This document shows positions 39,270 to 46,161 of a DNA stretch of 46,161 bases, one piece after another. The notes under the pieces are model-generated. The model searched no databases. It was not told the origin of the DNA and was given only the letters and a program-made list of their open reading frames with translations. The stretch is from Octopus bimaculoides (lineage: Eukaryota): the NCBI RefSeq assembly GCF_001194135.2, contig NC_068987.1, forward strand, positions 68,514,307 to 68,560,467. Reading direction: 5' to 3'. How positions within the stretch are numbered: position 1 is the first letter of the stretch; each line of letters opens with the position of its first letter. A program made the position numbers and the translations under genes.

Positions 39270-39445
39270 TTTGATTCATTCATTCTCTGTTTATTTCTTC
39301 GCGTTCCTTTCTGTTGCACAGCGTAGGGTCGAAACGTAAAAGACATTCATACCTTCCCACGTCTCAAACTAAAACACCTACTTGTTGTTTATACACCTGT
39401 CTTCGTCTTTTTGTCTTTCTGTAAATTTCAACTATATATATATAT
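39270..39445 (+). mobile_element. Second copy of the hammerhead-bearing short repeat (motif decayed, 39306-39343)
   Basis: ccttt-ctgttgc-a-cagcgtagggtc-gaaac-gta-aaaga followed by about 90 nt homologous to the 33843 copy and a (TA)n tail. Confidence 0.65.
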
Positions 39446-39627
39446 ATATAACGCCGGTGTTAAAACGGAGGTAGCTGATGAGGTAGAATGTTCTCTATGT
39501 GGCTTGTGTGTTTTCCCGTCTACGTTTTGTTTGTAATGTCCTGTACCCAGATATGCACCTATACATACAGGTGGATGTCGGTACGCACATACCTGTACGT
39601 ATGTATGCATATACTCATTTACTATTT

Positions 39628-39678
<51 letters not shown>

Positions 39679-40863
39679 TACACACATATATATATGTATA
39701 TATACATATACATATATATCTGTCTCTCTATTATTTATATATATATACATATATACGCATGTGTATTTGCTTGGTAGTTTATCAGACGATAACTTGGAGA
39801 TTTGATTGCTTGAACTCTCCAAATAATACTCTGACATTTGCCCCAGTTGTTTTGATGTTTCAAAACATAATTTGGCCTCTTATTTTCCAGTTTGATTATA
39901 ACACCTTTATACAATATCTATTTTGTTTTGCGCTGAAGAGGAAGAATATACGTGGATACTCAATCTGCAAGACTGCGTAGCTGAATCTCCCTCAAACCAC
40001 AACCTGTTTTCTTATGAAAGAAAGGAAACAGTAGGTATATATATATATATATATAAATAATCTTATAATTATTAAAATATAAGATTCAAACTCTACGTAG
40101 TAGCATTCTGAGAAATAAGACGTCTAATATTTCTATATAGAGAATGAATTTAAATATGTGTCTGTGTGTGACGATATCTGAGTATGCGAGGTAACATAAT
40201 GCGAATACGTACGCTTATAACAATATCTAACAAATTCCTTACGGGAACTCATATTTGTGCAAAAGATACATTAAAACTTAGAATTTAAAAACTTTGTTAA
40301 AATTTACTTAGGTGTTGACAAGCATGAACACATTATATTCTGTATTAAAACGTATAACTACATATTCATATGTTTGCGTCATACATAGCCACATACATAT
40401 ATATATATATATATANNNNNNNNNNNNNNNNNNNNNNNNNNNNNNNNNNNNNNNNNNNNNNNNNNNNNNNNNNNNNNNNNNNNNNNNNNNNNNNNNNNNN
40501 NNNNNNNNNNNNNNNNNNNNNNNNNNNNNNNNNNNNNNNNNNNNNNNNNNNNNNNNNNNNNNNNNNNNNNNNNNNNNNNNNNNNNNNNNNNNNNNNNNNN
40601 NNNNNNNNNNNNNNNNNNNNNNNNNNNNNNNNNNNNNNNNNNNNNNNNNNNNNNNNNNNNNNNNNNNNNNNNNNNNNNNNNNNNNNNNNNNNNNNNNNNN
40701 NNNNNNNNNNNNNNNNNNNNNNNNNNNNNNNNNNNNNNNNNNNNNNNNTTATGATTACACACGTTGGCAAAAGTACTTTTATAAAATTACGATGCATTGC
40801 AACAGTAAATGTACTTAGATTAACGCATGCATAGCGTCTTGTAGTTACTTCACACAATAGAAG

Positions 40864-41092
40864 ACAACGACGACGACGACGAAGAAGAAGAAGAAGAAGA
40901 AGAAGAAGAAGAAGAAGAAGAAGAAGAAGAAGAAGAAGAAGAAGAAGAAGAAGAAGAAGAAAAAGAAGAAGAAGAAGAAAGAAGAAGAAGAAAATAAGAA
41001 GAAAGAAGAAAAGAAGAAGAAGAAGAAGAAGAAGAAGAAGAAGAAGAAGAAGAAGAAGAAGAAGAATAACAACAACAACAACAACAACAACG
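40864..41092. repeat. (ACG)n-(GAA)n-(AAC)n array with a long GAA tract
   Basis: Direct reading. Confidence 0.97.
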
Positions 41093-41925
41093 AATGGCAA
41101 AGATGAACATTAAAAATGGTAGAAAGAAGATACAAAAAGATAAGATAGGTGAGATATTGAGGGGCGACGTCGGTATTAAATTTAAAAATTTTGTAAGAGG
41201 GCGGTAAAACCAGTAACTGTTTGATAAACTGAATTTAAAAAAAAAAACGATACAAAAGTCCCGAAGACTTCTTTATTTTCCCCCTCATATTTCCTCTTTC
41301 CTTCTCTCCATCCATTTTGCCCTACCCGTGCCCACCTCCAACACTCTCATTCTCCATCTCGCTAACACCCTCCTCTTAGAAAAATTATAAACAACACTTA
41401 AATACAAGTTAAAACAGAAAAATTCAATAACATTTTAAATAACATTTTGAAAAGTACAATGTAAAAAACCTCAACAGAAGTGGAATGAAATCGGCAACTG
41501 TAGGTAGTGGGTACGTTGGTGGGATTTTGAATCATATGTTATGTGCTGTGTGTTGGATGGTGTAGAGTGATGTGGTTGGTGGTCATATTGAAGGAGACGT
41601 GTAATTTAGTGGGCGGAGTCGATTAAATGCCGCTGGTGCAGGTTATGGTGATTACTAATTGGTATGTGTATCAGTATTAATATTAATATTAGTATTAATA
41701 TTAGTATTAGTATGCGGCAAGCTACATTGGAGAATGACGTTGACGAAGAAAGATAATAATGCAAGTCTGTCTGCCTGTCTGCCTGTCTGCCTGTCTGTCT
41801 GCCTGTCTGTCTGCCTGTCTGTCTGCCTGCATGCCCGACTGCGTCAGATTCAATGTCGTGTCGTGAAGTGCGTAATTTTGTCTCTCTACGTCACTGTAGG
41901 AGAAATCTCACCAAGAACAACTTTA

Positions 41926-41984
<59 letters not shown>

Positions 41985-43848
41985 TCATAGTATCCTAATA
42001 TTCTAAGATAGAGCCAAGGAGAGAAGCCTCTTACAATAGTCTTTCAGTCTGCTAGAAATAACATCCATATATATATATATCCTAAATTACACTTTACTAC
42101 TTTTTAAAGTAAAGAAGGATATATTCGATCATTTAGTCCTAGATGCTTGATATTAGAGAAAATAAAAGACGGAATGGTCACAGCTGCGATATGATCATAA
42201 TTAAGCTCGATCAAGGTTGATTACATTCATCATCATCGTCGTCGTCGTCATCATGATCATCATAATCGCCATCAACAGAAATCATCAGCATCATCATGAA
42301 CTTTATAATTTCCTTTAAATGCACAAGACAAGGCAATATATGACTAAGTCGATTGTAGTGAGTGGCTGACATTCCAGAGTACGGAAGGTCAAATGAACTT
42401 CTGTAGAAAAATAATGTATGATAAAGTGACATAGATTCCTGGCTGGAAGTAGCTGAAACGTTACAAACTACTCTATCCCGCAAATACAATGATGCGATCA
42501 ACTAATATTACCGGTGCAACAACTAGCGTTTTTACAACCAACAATCCTAAAGAGCAGAAATTTTTACAGTGGAAACATACTTAGCAAACTAAGTTGTAAT
42601 ACTATAAACGTATGAATCATTCAACCATTCATAAGGCCGCAATTTACTCACACGCAGCATCTTTTAGAGCTTGTCACTAATTCACTTCTTAACCAAACTG
42701 AAAACTGCTAACTTTTTGAAGAAGACTGGTCCCTAGCTTCATTTTGGCATCCAAATTTTGCGATTTGATCCAGTAGCTAAAAGTTTACATCAAAATTTGT
42801 AGCAACGTTATAGGAGAGTAGGTAACGCCACCATTCAAGTTTAGATCTAAATAACATTTTTATTTTAAAAGCAAAATATATTTATCTTAGTTTCAATGAC
42901 AGAAGAGAGTGTGATGAATTTCATAGTTTTGGTCCCATGCAACAAAAGTTTGTATCAAAACAGTTGTGAGGTAAAAATGAAAAAAATGTAAGTAAGGCAA
43001 AAAATTGGATTTAAGTATAATTAACATTTTTTTTAATTTTAAAAATAAACTATATTTTAATTAAGCTTAAATGATATAGGAATTTAATTAAGCTTAAATG
43101 ATATAGGAATTTTATGATATCAATTTCATGCAATGAAATTTTAAAAGAAAAAAGTTATGAGTGCTTGTTTCTCAAATTTGAGGGTGATAATATAGTTGTA
43201 TATATTTTTATGAATATATTTGTATAATGGAACTTTTAATATGAGTCACCGGCGTCATTGAGGTAAGGAAAAACTTTTTACGACACCGCTAATTGACACA
43301 TTTGACACATTATCAATTAGCATAATAGCATAACCTGGAAAAAACATGGATTACATGGAAAAATGGGAGCAAGAGAAATAATATTCTTAAGATTATAAAT
43401 CTGGAAAATTACAGGACAACTTATTACATTTGGAAAAGTTCAGGACAAGAAAATTTTTACAGCTGAGGATAAAATTTAAATATTAAAAATTATTTGATCT
43501 TAATTTACAAAGTAACATTACAATTTTTAAAAAAGGCACCGTTATTTTGTTAAAATATTGACACTAAAATACGTAAAAAATGAGAGCCAGAGTTACCAAT
43601 ATAGCTAAAGTATTATGCAAGTAGAATAGTATATATGGTAGGCAAATTCCTTATGCAAAAAATAAAGATTGGGTTAAAACTAAAAATATAGAGACTTGGC
43701 AATAACTTAGGCAATAACCGAAGGAAATGTTACTTTGAATTTGTTGTTATAGGTAGATTTTACTGTAATATATAACTAAATTTTGTGTTATTCTATTTAT
43801 TGTACTAACTAATTATGTACTAGTATTATTTCTTACAGCCTATTTTCA

Positions 43849-43849
43849 G

Positions 43850-43898
<49 letters not shown>

Positions 43899-43960
43899 TG
43901 TGTGTGTATGTGTGTGTGAGTGAGTGAGAGAGAGAGAGAGAGGGGAAGCGATAGATAGAC

Positions 43961-43999
<39 letters not shown>
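43849..43999. repeat. (TG)n-(GA)n-(GATA)n compound microsatellite immediately 5' of the R4/Dong-like LINE
   Basis: Direct reading. Confidence 0.95.
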
Positions 44000-44000
<1 letters not shown>

Positions 44001-45250
44001 GTCCATCAATACGTAATCTCCAGACTAAAAACCCGTGCGTCAATAGTTACACTATCTCTCTTGCCCAACACAAAGAATGCTACAAGTACCTAGGCATTAA
44101 TGAAAATATACCATACGAAAGTACTGTGAATAAAACATACCATACGAAAGTACTGTGAATAAAGACAGTGATCTGGGAATATTATGCCAGACTTAGAAAA
44201 ATACTTGAATCGGAACTCTCCTCTTACAACAAGACAATGTTCCAAAATGCACTTGCAGTACCAGTGCTGATTCCAACATTTCGGATACTTGAGTGGTCTG
44301 TAATAGAAATCCACTCCATAGACGTTAAAACCTACCAGACCCTGACATCTGTTGAAAATGTCAACAGGGATAGTGACGTCTACAGGCTCTTACCAAAGAC
44401 GTAGGAGGTAGACGTTTGAGATAAGTGCAGACGGTTTCCGAATGTAAAATAGTTTCTCTCATACAATGCTTGCTAAACAACGACAGCAAAAATAAATAAA
44501 CTAACTTAGTGAAGAGAACAATATCCTACGCGTCGACAGCGAACTCGTCAGGAAACTCTTCGTTCCTGGTGACCCCTGACCATTCATACAACTCTAAAAC
44601 TGCCGGATCAACATACCTCAAAGAAGACCTGGATGTGAAATGCTCAATATATTTCCCTATGTGACACGACATTGTCGCAAAAGCAATATACAATGCTATT
44701 CGGAAGAAAAGACCGTTGTGGAATAAATATAGAGAATCCACTTGTTATTGAGTACGCACACAAACATAAATACAAGGAACACTTGTGGAACATTCCCATC
44801 AAAATATCTGTCAAGCGTAAACATAACAGGTGGGATATTGTTTGTTTGCGAATGACAAGAAAAAGTATGTTCCATCACACTTTTTCGTGTGTTGTCCTGC
44901 TGATGTGAATATCTCTTTGAAAATCAACGATAAAGAGGATAACTACGGACAACTGCGTCAAAATCTCCAGCATCTATATCCATATTATAAATTCACATTT
45001 ATGTCAATAATAATTGGCGCACTTGATCTTGTGAGCAAATGCCGAAGTAACAATCTGGATAAGCTAGGATGTATCTCGCACATTACAAATATCATCTGTA
45101 AATGGAACAGTAAACATAATACAAGACTTTCCTCATGTTTAAAATGTGATATTGTTTTTGTTATATTCATTCCAGCCATGGAGTATTGTATGTTTGTTAG
45201 AAACGAGCTCCTTCTTCAGAAAAAGAATTCGAATAATTAAAAACAGAACT
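44001..45250 (+). mobile_element. 5'-truncated, decayed non-LTR retrotransposon of R4/Dong type (late RT plus restriction-like endonuclease)
   Basis: Successive motifs across frameshifts: YKYLGINE (44081), EYYARLRKILESELSSYNK..NALAVPVLIPTF.ILEW, GGRRL (~44404), HDIVAKAIYNAIRKK (44665), KHNRWDIV (RPDI-like), CPADVNISLKINDKEDNYGQL..LYP...IIIGALDLV; short (TACA) tail at about 45250. Confidence 0.85.
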
Positions 45251-45884
45251 TACATACATACATGCATACGTACATACATACATTTAGAACATCAAAACAT
45301 TGCATCTTCACACAATCACGATATTAATATTATGTCAATTTTACTATAGCACCTTATTGATTGAGATTCCAGAATATTATCGTTCTGACTTAAAATCGTT
45401 AATGTTATCTAAACATTATAATTTCGTGTACATACATTTTGTGATAGAGTTGTATATTCTTTTATCTAGTCGGTTGTATTTCTATGTCAAGATATAAAGC
45501 AATGACAACGTTTGTTGGCTCACAGGGTGTGAGATTTTGGCAAGATCTACGAAAAAGTTTTAAAGTAAACTTATAAATCTGAAAAAAAAAACAATACCAA
45601 TTTTGTTTTTATAATCTGCATCATATTAATTTCTGGTTTCATAGTATACACATATACGTTGTGTACATTTTTATACATATGCATATATGTGTGTGTGTGT
45701 GTATGTGTGTATGCATGCATGTATGCATGTATATATGTATGTTTAGATAGATAGATAGATAAAGACATGTAAACAAATACATACACTAATTGATAGATAG
45801 ATATTGTTTTTATTTCGTATTATGAATGTATAAAAGTAATCACCACATGCTTAGATTAGAACTAAATAGAGTCTGGCATTTTTT

Positions 45885-46161
45885 GTTGGCACTCCGTCGC
45901 TTACGACGTCGAGGGTTCCAGTTAATCCGATCAACGGAACAGCCTGCTCGAGAAATTAACGTGCAAGTGGCTGAGCACTCCACAGACACGTGTACCCTTA
46001 ACGTAGTTCTCGGGGATATTCAGCGTGACACAGTGTGACAAGGCTGACCCTTTGAATTACAGGCACAACAGAAACAGGAAGTAAGAGTGAGAGAAAGTTG
46101 TGGTGAAAGAGTACAGCAGGGTTCGCCGCCATCCCCTGCTGGAGCCTCGTGGGGCTTTAGG
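45885..46161 (-). mobile_element. tRNA-derived SINE, family A (5' part beyond window end)
   Basis: gttggcactccgtcgcttacgacgtcgagggttccag... nearly identical to the 27453 copy. Confidence 0.9.

Noticed and set aside
39474-39560. ctgatgag suggesting another hammerhead
   Set aside because: There is no GAAA or stem II on the same strand downstream.
42505-43640. AT-rich stretch with motifs reminiscent of DNA-transposon subtermini (ctaacttttt, aaaaagttatgag, tttcatgcaatgaaa) and a ~26-bp tandem duplication near 43057-43110
   Set aside because: No TIR pair or TSD could be defined and there is no transposase motif.

Overview
AT-rich, repeat-dense eukaryotic genomic DNA. The microsatellite load and tRNA-derived SINE families look cephalopod (Octopus-like); this is pattern recognition, not a database result. 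About 5.4 kb (~12%) is N, in 16 gaps, most bordered by simple repeats. Almost all ORFs in the six-frame track are artefacts of microsatellites and N runs. The only well-supported host coding sequence is one 117-nt minus-strand internal exon (20862-20978; [39 protein letters not shown]) of a gene I cannot identify, so most of the window is probably intron. The rest comprises at least three SINE families, two Tc1/mariner-type MITEs (one nested in a foldback element), an internally deleted maT/DD37D-like transposon, a decayed R4/Dong-like LINE, CR1-group and other LINE 3' remnants, and two copies of a short repeat carrying a minimal type I hammerhead-ribozyme-like motif with a non-canonical CUGUUG core. 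No rRNA, intact tRNA gene or CRISPR array was seen, and no multi-gene novel system is supported. The best leads are the variant hammerhead repeat, the orphan exon, and an RFX X-box/YY1 motif cluster near 12.3 kb.
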